Shown here: one piece after another, positions 1-8,952 of the stretch
How positions within the stretch are numbered: the first letter of the stretch is position 1
Layout of the letters: every line of letters begins with the position of its first letter
From: Polyangiaceae bacterium
Lineage (GTDB): Bacteria > Myxococcota_A > Polyangia > Polyangiales > Polyangiaceae
Length of the DNA stretch: 64,000 nucleotides
Direction: 5' to 3'
Assembly: GCA_965222375.1 (NCBI GenBank)
Contig: CBDCTZ010000014.1
Coordinates: forward strand, 512,001 to 576,000
Notes under the pieces: model-generated
Told to the model about the DNA's origin: nothing
The model's database searches: none
Seen by the model: only the letters and a program-made list of their open reading frames with translations
Position numbers and translations under genes: made by a program

Positions 1-635
1 GGGGAAAAGATCTGGTCATGGTTTTCGGAGATCGGCTCTGGAGGTGACTGGGCTTCGTTCTTCAGAGAAAACGCCTTGTCGTCCCTTTCCGTTCCGGCGT
101 CGTTCATCAGCAGCCAAACCTGAACGCTTTCCTTGAAGCTGCCGTCGTCTGCAAGCAGAGGCAGGGAGTCGACGCCGACGAACCAGTCGGAGCTCGGCGC
201 CACCATGCTCAGAACGGATAGAAACGGCCGGCTCTTGGGCACGACGACCGAGGTATGCACCACGCCGCGGGCTCCAATCCGATCCCCACACACCAGACTC
301 GCAGTATCCCCGCGGTCACGCGCTGCCTGGTGCTCTGCGCGGAAGCGCGAAAGCTTCCCAGTCTCTGCGACTTCTTCGACCCCTGGGCTCGAAAGCTCAC
401 CCTGCCGCCACACAGCTCGTGATTCGTTGTGCACGCTGCCCACGAGCACCGTGAAGTGGGCGTTCTTCGGCAAAGCGACGCCCTGAGCCTGAGCACTCCA
501 ATGCCCTTCCAAGCTGATGTTGTAGCAAGCGCCATCCCCCGCAGGGCAGCTCTCGAGGGGACCCGGGTTTTCACACTCGGGCGTTTCGCCGCACCCAAGC
601 GCCAGTAGGGCGGTTCCAATCCAAGCCGTTCGCAC
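1..635 (-). CDS. Spondin_N domain lipoprotein (3' end runs off the window)
   Basis: Hand translation from GTG at 635 (in-frame TAG just upstream): MRTAWIGTALLALG-C lipobox, then YNISLEGHWS..AHFTVLVGSVHN..VWRQGELSSPGVEEVAETG..LSVLSMVAPSSDWFVGVDSL..NDAGTE, which are Spondin_N motifs. Not in the ORF track because no stop lies inside the window. Confidence 0.8.
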   Translation of the reverse strand, partial: MRTAWIGTALLALGCGETPECENPGPLESCPAGDGACYNISLEGHWSAQAQGVALPKNAHFTVLVGSVHNESRAVWRQGELSSPGVEEVAETGKLSRFRAEHQAARDRGDTASLVCGDRIGARGVVHTSVVVPKSRPFLSVLSMVAPSSDWFVGVDSLPLLADDGSFKESVQVWLLMNDAGTERDDKAFSLKNEAQSPPEPISENHDQIFS

Positions 636-659
636 GACGCTATCCTACGCTAGGAATCC

Positions 660-1103
660 TCAGCCGCCGAATCGAAACCCGGACCCGAGCTTGGGACTCG
701 TCAACAACCGCAGAGGAACGGCGGTGAGAATCAAGGCCGCGGCGAGCATTAGCGCATGTTGGGTAGGCGCCGCGAGCAGCGGGGGGCGAAGAAAGTCCCA
801 CAGCACCAGCAGCGGCGCTGGCGCCAGCAGGCCGGAAACCCAGGCGCGGGCGCCCACGGGTGGCATGCGCTGCCGCAGGACCACCAGGCAGAGATCCGTC
901 AGTATCAGCGTGACCACCAGGGCAGCGGCGATGCCCGTGCCGAGGGGGAGCCAGCCCACAAGGCCCCATTTGGAGCCGCCCAGAAACACCGCCCGCAGCA
1001 GCAGCGTGAGCCACATGCCGACGATGGGGGCCGCCACGCTGGGCCACAGCCAGTTGGCTAGTTTCTTTCGCGCGAACATCTTGATGGGCATGGCTTCAGG
1101 CAA
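660..1103 (-). CDS. Small integral membrane protein (about 4 TM segments), hypothetical
   Basis: Four hydrophobic segments; start overlaps the stop of the upstream gene. Confidence 0.7.
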   Translation of the reverse strand: MPEAMPIKMFARKKLANWLWPSVAAPIVGMWLTLLLRAVFLGGSKWGLVGWLPLGTGIAAALVVTLILTDLCLVVLRQRMPPVGARAWVSGLLAPAPLLVLWDFLRPPLLAAPTQHALMLAAALILTAVPLRLLTSPKLGSGFRFGG

Positions 1104-1929
1104 CGTCCTTGACGATCGCGTCGCTCACGTCGTCGAGTGTAGCACCTTTGACTTGCACGTTCTCCAAACTGCCATCATCCAGGGATAGCTCCGCTGCAGT
1201 CTTGGTGTCCACCGCGGTGTACATGCGGGTCAGGCTATCCACGTGCTCCGCCAAGCGCCGGTCGACGCGCTCGGCCACTCGCTTTGCGGATTCCGACCTT
1301 GCCGTGTTCGAAAGTCGCCCTCGGGCGCGTGCCAGGCGCACGAGGTTCTTCCAGGCACGTCGGGCGTCGGTAGCGGTTTCCGAATCCAGAACGCTCTCGT
1401 CCACGTTGCGCCGCAATTCGGCGCCAGCCTGCAGCGTCGTTTTCGCTGGCTCGGCCACGTCCCGTCCAACCTCATCCAAAGCGAAGGCTATCGGGTCGTC
1501 TGCCGGAACCAAAAGCGGTGAGAGGGACAAGACCGCGCACAGCATGACGACGACTCCCCGCACCATGAGGTCGGCGCCCCCAAAGCGCGTGCTCAAATAG
1601 CCGGCGACTGCGCCTGCGCAAAGTGCGATCAGGCCGTGAACGATGCGAGAGTCCCGACCCTGGACGCGCCAGGTCCGCTCAGCGAACGCCGCGAAGAGCA
1701 GTGCGGCTCCCGCAAGGGCTGGCCCAGTATTGGCCAGCACGCCGCTTGCGAAAGCCCCGAGAGCTCCGGCGGTGACCGCAAGCACACTTGGCGTGAAGCT
1801 GGCAGCCAGGGCGAGCAACACGCCAAGCAGAACCGCAGCTCCCGCGCCCACTACGACGCCCAAGCGACCAGATAGGGGCATGAAGCCAAATGCCGCGCCC
1901 GCGGCAACCATCAGTGAAACGCTTCGCAT
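1096..1929 (-). CDS. Membrane protein with N-terminal TM bundle and C-terminal helical cytoplasmic domain, hypothetical
   Basis: About 5 hydrophobic segments followed by a charged helical region; AGGAG SD upstream of the ATG. Confidence 0.75.
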   Translation of the reverse strand: MRSVSLMVAAGAAFGFMPLSGRLGVVVGAGAAVLLGVLLALAASFTPSVLAVTAGALGAFASGVLANTGPALAGAALLFAAFAERTWRVQGRDSRIVHGLIALCAGAVAGYLSTRFGGADLMVRGVVVMLCAVLSLSPLLVPADDPIAFALDEVGRDVAEPAKTTLQAGAELRRNVDESVLDSETATDARRAWKNLVRLARARGRLSNTARSESAKRVAERVDRRLAEHVDSLTRMYTAVDTKTAAELSLDDGSLENVQVKGATLDDVSDAIVKDVA

Positions 1930-1947
1930 GACTCGTGGCTCCTGTTC

Positions 1948-3375
1948 CTAGAAAGCCTTGCGGCCGATGTTTTTCGAATGTGCCTGCGCGGAGGCCTTGC
2001 CCGCGCTCTTGGCCTCGGCGGATTTCGGGCGTGCTGCGCGAAACGCAGCCTTGGACTTCTTCACCGCAGCGTGTTGCTTGCGCAGGGAGGCCTGCTCTTC
2101 TTTCGGTGCTGCTGCGGCAGCGATCTCCAACTCGCTCAGGCTCTGGTCCATGAGTGCTTCGGCCTTGTCCGTCTCTCCTTCGGCATAAGCTTGGGTTGCC
2201 GCCAGCTGGCGCAGGGACGCCAGCGCGCTGGTGGCTCCGGCAACGACCTTGGGATCGCGGCTAGCCAGGACGCGGTCCCGGTCTCGTTCGCCGGTCAGGG
2301 TCAGATCAGGCACCTGGATCTTTGCGCTACTGCCCCCAATGCGCCGCCAGGACAGCCAGCTCCCGAGCTCGAGCGCCTCGCCGTGCTCCGCATCGGCGCG
2401 AAACTCGACGATGATGCGCCGCTCGTCTCTGGCGAATAGCGAACCAAGGGCCAGGTTGATCTCGCCGTCGTCTCGACTTAGCACTTCGGCACCGACGGCC
2501 CGCACGAACTCCAGCCCGGGTGGGAGGCGAAAGTGGGCACGGGCGTCATCGACCACGGTATTGGCGGTTTCGTCCAGTTCGCGGGTCAGGAAGCGGGCGA
2601 GAGCACCCGGGTTTTCCACGAATCCGAAGTTCCCCCGGCCCGCGCCCGCGACGGCAGACATGTAGCTCTCGTCAAAGTCGAGCCCGATACCCAGCGCGGA
2701 CACCGTGGTCGATGTGGAAGCGCCCTGTCGTGCCAGCCGTTCGGCTTGGGCTCGAGAGCTGTCCAAGCCATCGCTGACTAGAACGACTCGCCGTACCCGC
2801 CCTGGGGCCGCGCGGGAAACCTCGTCCATGCCTCGGCTGAGCGCTGGCGGGATGTTGGTGCCGCCTCCTGCGGTGATGGCCGAGATCCGCCGAAGCAGCT
2901 CTTGTCGCATCTCGCCGACTCGTCCAAGTTTTTGCAGGACCTCGTTGTTCGAGTCGTAGCGGATGAACGCGACCTCATCCTGATCCCGCATGCGGCGGAT
3001 CAGCTGGGCGACACTGCGCTTGGACCGTTCGATCTTTTCTCCAGACATCGACCCAGAGGTGTCGAAGACGATCGCCAGGGACAGAGGCGCGCGCTCTGTC
3101 GCGGCGCGGAGGTCGTCGGCTTTTAGTGAAAGCTCGGCGTAGACCGTGCTCCCCGCCGCGGCGTGCACTCGGCTCTGACTCAGCTGCAACGTGCCGGTCG
3201 CCCCTGGACCCCGGAAGGACGCGGCATTTTCACCATCCAGGGAGCCGAATTGGTAGGCGCTGCCCACTGCGGGCGCACGTGTCAGGACCAGACCCCCTAG
3301 GGCAACGGCGACAGTACTGGCGGCGAGGCCGCGTCTGGCTCGCTGGGAGCTCAACAAACGACGGACGAAGGACAT
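1948..3375 (-). CDS. Membrane-anchored VWA domain protein (YfbK/CLCA-like)
   Basis: MIDAS motif DTSGSM, GGGTN and VLVSDG; N-terminal hydrophobic segment; ATG at 3375 with AGGAG SD chosen over the ORF-track start at 3396. Confidence 0.85.
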   Translation of the reverse strand: MSFVRRLLSSQRARRGLAASTVAVALGGLVLTRAPAVGSAYQFGSLDGENAASFRGPGATGTLQLSQSRVHAAAGSTVYAELSLKADDLRAATERAPLSLAIVFDTSGSMSGEKIERSKRSVAQLIRRMRDQDEVAFIRYDSNNEVLQKLGRVGEMRQELLRRISAITAGGGTNIPPALSRGMDEVSRAAPGRVRRVVLVSDGLDSSRAQAERLARQGASTSTTVSALGIGLDFDESYMSAVAGAGRGNFGFVENPGALARFLTRELDETANTVVDDARAHFRLPPGLEFVRAVGAEVLSRDDGEINLALGSLFARDERRIIVEFRADAEHGEALELGSWLSWRRIGGSSAKIQVPDLTLTGERDRDRVLASRDPKVVAGATSALASLRQLAATQAYAEGETDKAEALMDQSLSELEIAAAAAPKEEQASLRKQHAAVKKSKAAFRAARPKSAEAKSAGKASAQAHSKNIGRKAF

Positions 3376-3482
3376 GGCGGGATCTCCTGGAGGCAAACTC
3401 CCGCCCGGACGGCGAAAGGCCAGTCACGTCAGCGGCAGTTTTTCGGCTCAGTGCCCACTACGTGTGGCTTCCGCCGAAGATC

Positions 3483-4283
3483 TCAGCGGCGGTAAACTGG
3501 CTGGGTCAAATCAGCCTCGCCGGAACCAAAAGGCACCCGGAAGATCAGCTCCGTGGCTGCCGTCGGTGAACCTGGGTAACCCCGCGCGATGATCTCGTAT
3601 TGCCGGGCCTTTTGGTCCGTCACCAGCTCGTATTGGAAGCGGATGGGACCTGCTGCCGCAAAGCCGGCGCAGCGCCAGCCGTCTGTCATCCAGTCTGAGG
3701 CTTTGGTTTCTACAGGCCCTTCGGCGAGTGCCTCGAGAGACTTCGGAGTTGGTGGCGCGCTCGGGCACACGCCTGAGGGCTGTCGGGACAAGGCGCTCGC
3801 AAGTCCCACCCCGATGCGTTTGAGGGTTTGCAGCGCCTCAATCTCGATGGTCTTCGCTCGGTAGGTTTCGAGATCGCGGATCAGCAACGCCGCACACTTG
3901 GCTACGTCCACGTTTTTCGCCTTGGGAGGGTTTCGGAGCACCTTCAAGGCAAGATCGATGGCGCTGCCTTTGGCATTCTGCTTCTTGGCCTGGCGTTCGA
4001 TCGCCGCCAGCAGAGGCTTGCACTGGGTCTTGGCGTAGACCTGTTCCTTTTTGGACAGAGGCGAAACCCCCGGTGGAGGCACCTGTCGCGCAGGCCGTTC
4101 CTCTGTCACCGCTGCGCCGTTCGGCTTCGGCGCCATGGCTTTTGGCTCCGCGGGGTCCGCGTCCGCCTCGCTGGGCGCGCCGCTGGCGCTGGACTGGGCG
4201 CGCGCCGGGGACTCCGCGGGGTCCGGTCCGGGGCTGGCAGCGCAGCTGAACAGCAAGACGCTCAGCAGCGCCGCGACTCTCAT
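3483..4283 (-). CDS. Lipoprotein with C-terminal type IV pilin-head-like domain
   Basis: Lipobox LLFS-C; low-complexity linker; C-terminal RAKTIEIEALQTLKRI..CPSAPPTP..W..GWRC.GF..P.RFQYE..YEIIARG. Confidence 0.65.
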   Translation of the reverse strand: MRVAALLSVLLFSCAASPGPDPAESPARAQSSASGAPSEADADPAEPKAMAPKPNGAAVTEERPARQVPPPGVSPLSKKEQVYAKTQCKPLLAAIERQAKKQNAKGSAIDLALKVLRNPPKAKNVDVAKCAALLIRDLETYRAKTIEIEALQTLKRIGVGLASALSRQPSGVCPSAPPTPKSLEALAEGPVETKASDWMTDGWRCAGFAAAGPIRFQYELVTDQKARQYEIIARGYPGSPTAATELIFRVPFGSGEADLTQPVYRR

Positions 4284-4774
4284 CGCAGGAACGGAAACGT
4301 CCCGCGTGCGGCCTGAAGTACGGCCATCCGAGGCACGCTACCCGTTTCATCCACGGGGTAGTTGTCGCTGCGGATGCCCAGGGAACGAATCGCCGTCACA
4401 TCCGCTTCACCTCGTACGCGATAGCTGATGCGATCGCTCATGGCGGTTTCACCCATTAGCGGCACGACCAAGGTCCACGGAATGATCACCGGCGCCCGCA
4501 CGATGGTCGTTCCGTCAGCAGGCAGCCATTGGTTCGGGCTGTAGGAGACCGGTGGCAACGTCCAGCGGCCTGCCATCGTGGTCTGCACTCGGACATTGCG
4601 AACCTGAACGTCGAAGCTGTTCTGGTTGTTAACCCGCAGGAACACCTCCATGCCAATCCCAGCTGGGCCTGCCGTGCGCACCTCCGCGTGGTGCAGCTCC
4701 ATCTTGGGCTTGGAGACGCAGCTGGGCAGGAGCAGCAGAGACGCGCCGCCGGTCAAGAATGAGCGCCGTTGCAT
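4280..4774 (-). CDS. LEA type 2 (WHy) domain lipoprotein
   Basis: MQRRSFL twin-arginine-like start, LLLPS-C lipobox, LRVNNQNSFDVQV motif (LxVxNPN-like); stop overlaps the next start (ATGA). Confidence 0.75.
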   Translation of the reverse strand: MQRRSFLTGGASLLLLPSCVSKPKMELHHAEVRTAGPAGIGMEVFLRVNNQNSFDVQVRNVRVQTTMAGRWTLPPVSYSPNQWLPADGTTIVRAPVIIPWTLVVPLMGETAMSDRISYRVRGEADVTAIRSLGIRSDNYPVDETGSVPRMAVLQAARGTFPFLR

Positions 4775-4896
4775 GCGCCACAACCTAGTGGAAAAACGGG
4801 CGAGACGCTCGCTGGGATTGCAACGGTGGGTAAACTCCCATGCTTCCGCCGCTCTCGCCTTGCTGACCACGACAAACGGCGTATAACCCCGCCGCA

Positions 4897-5406
4897 ATGG
4901 CCATGGCACTTCCGTCCCTGCTTCGGGACATCAACTCCACGGACTTCAACGTCATTCAGCGGGCGTGGAACGCGCTGGGCGCAGTGCCCGGGGGCAAGGC
5001 GGCGTTTTCCCGCTTGGTGGGACTGGCGGCGCCCTACACGGGCACGATCAAGGCGCAGGTGCTCGAATTGGAGCGGGGCCGCTCCGTGGTCATGCTGCGA
5101 GACCGGCGCGGGGTGCGCAATCACTTGCAGTCCGTGCACGCTGTGGCGCTTGCCAATCTGATCGAGTTGACCGGAAACGTCGCCCTTGCGTATTCCCTGC
5201 CCAACGATGCCCGCTTTATCGTCAAGGCGATGAACATCGAGTACTTGAAGAAGGCTCGGGGCACTTTGACCGCGCGGTGCAATTGCCCGGTGCCGGAAAA
5301 CAGCGCGCGTCAGGAACTCGAAGTGATCGTCGAGGTGTTCGACCGCTCTGGAGACGTGGTGACTCGGGGTACCTTGATCAGCCTGGTGGGGCCCAAGCGC
5401 GACTGA
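4897..5406 (+). CDS. Hotdog-fold thioesterase (PaaI/DUF4442-like)
   Basis: NHLQSVHAVAL..E and IEYLKKARG motifs. Confidence 0.85.
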   Translation: MAMALPSLLRDINSTDFNVIQRAWNALGAVPGGKAAFSRLVGLAAPYTGTIKAQVLELERGRSVVMLRDRRGVRNHLQSVHAVALANLIELTGNVALAYSLPNDARFIVKAMNIEYLKKARGTLTARCNCPVPENSARQELEVIVEVFDRSGDVVTRGTLISLVGPKRD

Positions 5407-5438
5407 CCCGCTGACCCAAGGCAGTGCGGCTCGACGCG

Positions 5439-6569
5439 CTACTGCGGCACGTTGATCGTTGCGCAACCGAACTCGACGTCGATCTTGCCGGTCGGATCTG
5501 CCTGAATCGTCTGGCAAGTGCTGTCGCAGACCAACACGGTGGTCGGGTTGTTCTCGTCGTCGTAGTACCACCCACCGCTGGGACCGCAATTCGCCTTCGA
5601 AGGCACCTTGTAGATGGGCTGCTTCGTACCGCCACCCGGGGTGTACTGCACGTTGACTTGACCTTTGTTGAAGGTCTGTCCCGCGGGCGGCGGCGGAATG
5701 CTCCAACCGCAGTCCAGCTTGGCCGAGCCAATGATGCCGTTGGCGAGCTGGCTGAATACCGGCGCGAAGTTCTGCAGACACAGGTCGCTGGCCACACCGC
5801 CCGTCTGGGTCACCAGGTTCTTGTAAACGGCTCCAGGTTTGGCAGCGCTGGGGCAATCCGTGAAGCTGAAGATGCCGTAGACCTTCCACTGATTCGGCTT
5901 CACCAGCGTGGGGTCCAGGCCGTTGACGGCTTTCGTGAAGTCCGCGGCAGACATCGCCGAATTGTCGTCTGTCACGATGGTGAAGATCTTGACCGAGTTG
6001 TGGCGCAGGATCCCTTTCCAGTCGGGGTACCGCTGAATAATCAATTGCAGGGAGTTGGTGCTCGCCACGGTTTGAAAGATGTGGGCGAACGTCGGCAGTT
6101 TGCTGTCGTTGGGGCAACTGCCTGAGCCTAGCGGTGCGGCGATGCAGATGCCGTCGTCGGGAAGGCCCGGAAACTTCGGCGGCTCGTACTGCTCGGCAAT
6201 CAGTGCAATGCGAATGTCTACGCCCGCGGCGACGATTCCCTGGGAGAACTTGTTCATGTTGTCTCGCACGGCCTGGGTTTCGAAGGCCATGCTGCCGGAC
6301 GTGTCGATGGTCCAAATCACGTCTGCGGGCAGCACAGCATTGTTGGCTTCCTGCGAAACGCCGGCGCACTCGCCGCCGAAGTTCCCGCTGCCACCGTTTC
6401 CGCCACCGCCCAAACCGATGGCGGCGCCGTTACCGCCCGTGCCGGTACCCGCGCCGGTGGCACCGGTGGCGCCCGCGCCACTCCCGTTCCCGCCGCTGCC
6501 GGATGGATCACTCGCCGCCGAGCAACCCAGGAGAATCATCGAAAACACCCATGCGGCCCGCATACCCAT
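5439..6569 (-). CDS. Gly-rich lipoprotein with VWA-like domain and Cys-rich C-terminal module
   Basis: LLG-C lipobox, Gly/Thr linker, IDTSGSM MIDAS, VTDD, and a C-terminal GGWYYDD..C..TC..FGC module typical of Polyangiales. Start at ATG 6569 with GAGG upstream. Confidence 0.8.
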   Translation of the reverse strand: MGMRAAWVFSMILLGCSAASDPSGSGGNGSGAGATGATGAGTGTGGNGAAIGLGGGGNGGSGNFGGECAGVSQEANNAVLPADVIWTIDTSGSMAFETQAVRDNMNKFSQGIVAAGVDIRIALIAEQYEPPKFPGLPDDGICIAAPLGSGSCPNDSKLPTFAHIFQTVASTNSLQLIIQRYPDWKGILRHNSVKIFTIVTDDNSAMSAADFTKAVNGLDPTLVKPNQWKVYGIFSFTDCPSAAKPGAVYKNLVTQTGGVASDLCLQNFAPVFSQLANGIIGSAKLDCGWSIPPPPAGQTFNKGQVNVQYTPGGGTKQPIYKVPSKANCGPSGGWYYDDENNPTTVLVCDSTCQTIQADPTGKIDVEFGCATINVPQ

Positions 6570-6723
6570 GGCCGGAGATTTACCTCGAACCGGCTCGGGA
6601 TGCATGTCGAGAGTCGAAACATCTCCCGTGCCCGACGTCCGCACGCGACACACTCGTGGATCACGTACCTGGCCCAGCGTAGACTGATGGGAGCGCTTTG
6701 TCGCAGCGCGTCAACCTGGCTGA

Positions 6724-7968
6724 ATGTCCGCACCGCCATCCCGTTCTGTTCCACCGGATTGTCCCGTGCGCATCGGCGATCTGATTGCCGACAAGTACGT
6801 GGTGCACTCGTTCGTCGCCACCGGGCGACGCAGCGTCGTGCTGTCGGCGCGCCACGAAAAGCTGGGTAATCAGGTGGCCGTCAAGGTGCTGACCTCGAGT
6901 GAGCTTCTGGATCGGCCGGGCTGTGTCGAAGCGTTCGTTCGCGACGCGCGAGCCGCGGCTGGGCTGCAGAGCGAGCATGTCGTGCAAGTCTTCGACGTTG
7001 GAAAGGGGCCGAAGGGCGCGGCCTACATGGTGATGGAGTTCTTGCGTGGCGTGGACCTCCTCAGCCGCTTGGAGGCCAAAGGGCCACTCAGCAGCGAACG
7101 CGCCTGTCTCTACGTGGCTCAGGCCTGCGACGCCGTAAGCCACGCCCACGAATTGGGTCTGATTCACGGGGACCTACGACCCTCGAACTTGTTTCTCGCC
7201 GAACGCAGTGAAGGCGCGAGTATCGCCAAGGTGCTGAACTTCGGCGTGCCGAATTCGGAGCTGGGGGAGGCCGCAGGCTACCGATCACCTGAGCAGGTTC
7301 GCGATGCGGACACCGCGGACCCGCGCGGGGACGTCTGGGCTCTCGGCGTGACCCTGCACCAACTAATCGTCGGCACGCTTCCCTTTTCAGGTGACAGTCC
7401 TGCGCAGCTGGCTTCAGTCATCGCCGACGATCCTCCCGAGCCGCTCAGCGAAGAACGGGTTCCTGAAGGGCTACGAGCGATCATCGTCAAGTGCCTGGAG
7501 AAGCGTCTGCAGGATCGCTTCCAAAGCGTGGCGGAGCTGGCAGTTCAACTCCTGCCTTTCGCGGGACTGCAGGGCTCGGAGCTTGCTCGGGTCCGGAACT
7601 CGCTGCCCATTGCCAGCGCGCCCGACGTAGACCATCTGGACTTTCCCAGTCCCGACAGTCATGCAATGCCGCGCGGTCGCTTCGGAACGGGTGGCGTAGG
7701 CAAGTTCAGTAGTGTTCGGCCACAGGTCGTCAGCTACCGTCGGTTGCTCGAAAACAAGACCGCACTGCGCGCGGCGCCGGTGGGGGTCGGCATCGACAGC
7801 GACGCGCCCTTTCAAGAGAGCTTGGTTCAGCGACTCGGCGGACCGCGGGTCACGGCGGTTGTGGCCGTGCTGGCGCTGATCTTCGTTGGCCTAATGTTGC
7901 TGGCGCTGAGCGACCAATTGCGCTCGAAAGCCGAGAGTAGTGCTCCAACACCAGCTGCGTCGCCCTAG
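6724..7968 (+). CDS. Hanks-type Ser/Thr kinase-like membrane protein, probable pseudokinase
   Basis: VAVK, YMVME, SPEQ and DVWALG retained; Gly-loop lost, HRDLK reads HGDLR, DFG reads NFG; C-terminal TM segment. Confidence 0.85.
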   Translation: MSAPPSRSVPPDCPVRIGDLIADKYVVHSFVATGRRSVVLSARHEKLGNQVAVKVLTSSELLDRPGCVEAFVRDARAAAGLQSEHVVQVFDVGKGPKGAAYMVMEFLRGVDLLSRLEAKGPLSSERACLYVAQACDAVSHAHELGLIHGDLRPSNLFLAERSEGASIAKVLNFGVPNSELGEAAGYRSPEQVRDADTADPRGDVWALGVTLHQLIVGTLPFSGDSPAQLASVIADDPPEPLSEERVPEGLRAIIVKCLEKRLQDRFQSVAELAVQLLPFAGLQGSELARVRNSLPIASAPDVDHLDFPSPDSHAMPRGRFGTGGVGKFSSVRPQVVSYRRLLENKTALRAAPVGVGIDSDAPFQESLVQRLGGPRVTAVVAVLALIFVGLMLLALSDQLRSKAESSAPTPAASP

Positions 7969-7984
7969 CGCGCTCGGACGATGG

Positions 7985-8830
7985 TCACTCTCGGTTCAAG
8001 TCGACGCTGAGCCCCTCCCGCGCCACGATCACCTTGGTCTGCCCGGCATTGCCCTCGAGCCACCTCGCAGCTCGCGTGCCGATGGCGTCGAGCTCGTCGT
8101 CAGCTCGATCGGGGTCGTGGTGAAACAGTGCCAGCTGCTTGGGCTCAGCCAACTTGCCCAAACGCAACACATCGTCCACCACGGAATGACCCCAACCGGA
8201 TTTTTCGGGCATGTCGTGGCTCATGTATTGGGCGTCGTGGACCAGCATGTCAACCGCATCAGAAAATCGCGCCAGTTCGTCCAGCAAAGGAGCGTCGGGT
8301 TCGGATGGAAGCTCGTTGTCCGTCAAGTAGGCGAGCTTGGTGCCGTCTGCGTCTTCGATTCGGAAGCCCTGAGAGCCACCGGGGTGGTTCAGCGCAATGT
8401 GCGTGACGAGCGCGGAGCCGATTGGCCAGCTCTTGCGCTCCGGTCGTTCAAATACGATCTTGGACGGAATGTCCTGAGCGCTGACCGGAAAGTGGATATC
8501 GTCGAAGATGGTCCGCTGGAAGCGTTCTTGAGCTTCGCTGATCAGTGGGAAGATGCTCAGCTCGGTATCGCTTTTCCACAGCGGAGCAAAGAAGGGCAAG
8601 CCCAGGATGTGATCCCAATGAGTATGGGAGAGCAGCAGGCTCGTACGCACGCTCCCACCGTTCTTGATCAGTTCGTTGCCCAGGGTGCGGATTCCGGTGC
8701 CGGCATCCAGAATCAGCCGGCTGCCATCCGATAGCTCCACACCCACACAGGAGGTGTTGCCCCCGTAGCGCACAGTGGTGGGACCTGGAGCGGGTACCGA
8801 GCCGCGCACGCCGTAGAACGTCACCCGCAT
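7985..8830 (-). CDS. MBL-fold metallo-hydrolase (RNase Z/PhnP-like)
   Basis: GVRGS..YGGNTSC, DAGTG, SHTHWDH, GWGHS and FHHDP motifs. Confidence 0.9.
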   Translation of the reverse strand: MRVTFYGVRGSVPAPGPTTVRYGGNTSCVGVELSDGSRLILDAGTGIRTLGNELIKNGGSVRTSLLLSHTHWDHILGLPFFAPLWKSDTELSIFPLISEAQERFQRTIFDDIHFPVSAQDIPSKIVFERPERKSWPIGSALVTHIALNHPGGSQGFRIEDADGTKLAYLTDNELPSEPDAPLLDELARFSDAVDMLVHDAQYMSHDMPEKSGWGHSVVDDVLRLGKLAEPKQLALFHHDPDRADDELDAIGTRAARWLEGNAGQTKVIVAREGLSVDLNRE

Positions 8831-8952
8831 CGACTCCGGACTCTATCGCGGTCCGGCAGTGATTCAAATCACGCGCTTGTCGCGGAAAAGCCGGCATGGA
8901 ATCTGGCATTTGCCCTGGTCTGGGGCGGCGGGTTGGCTAAGCTGAGACCGCC

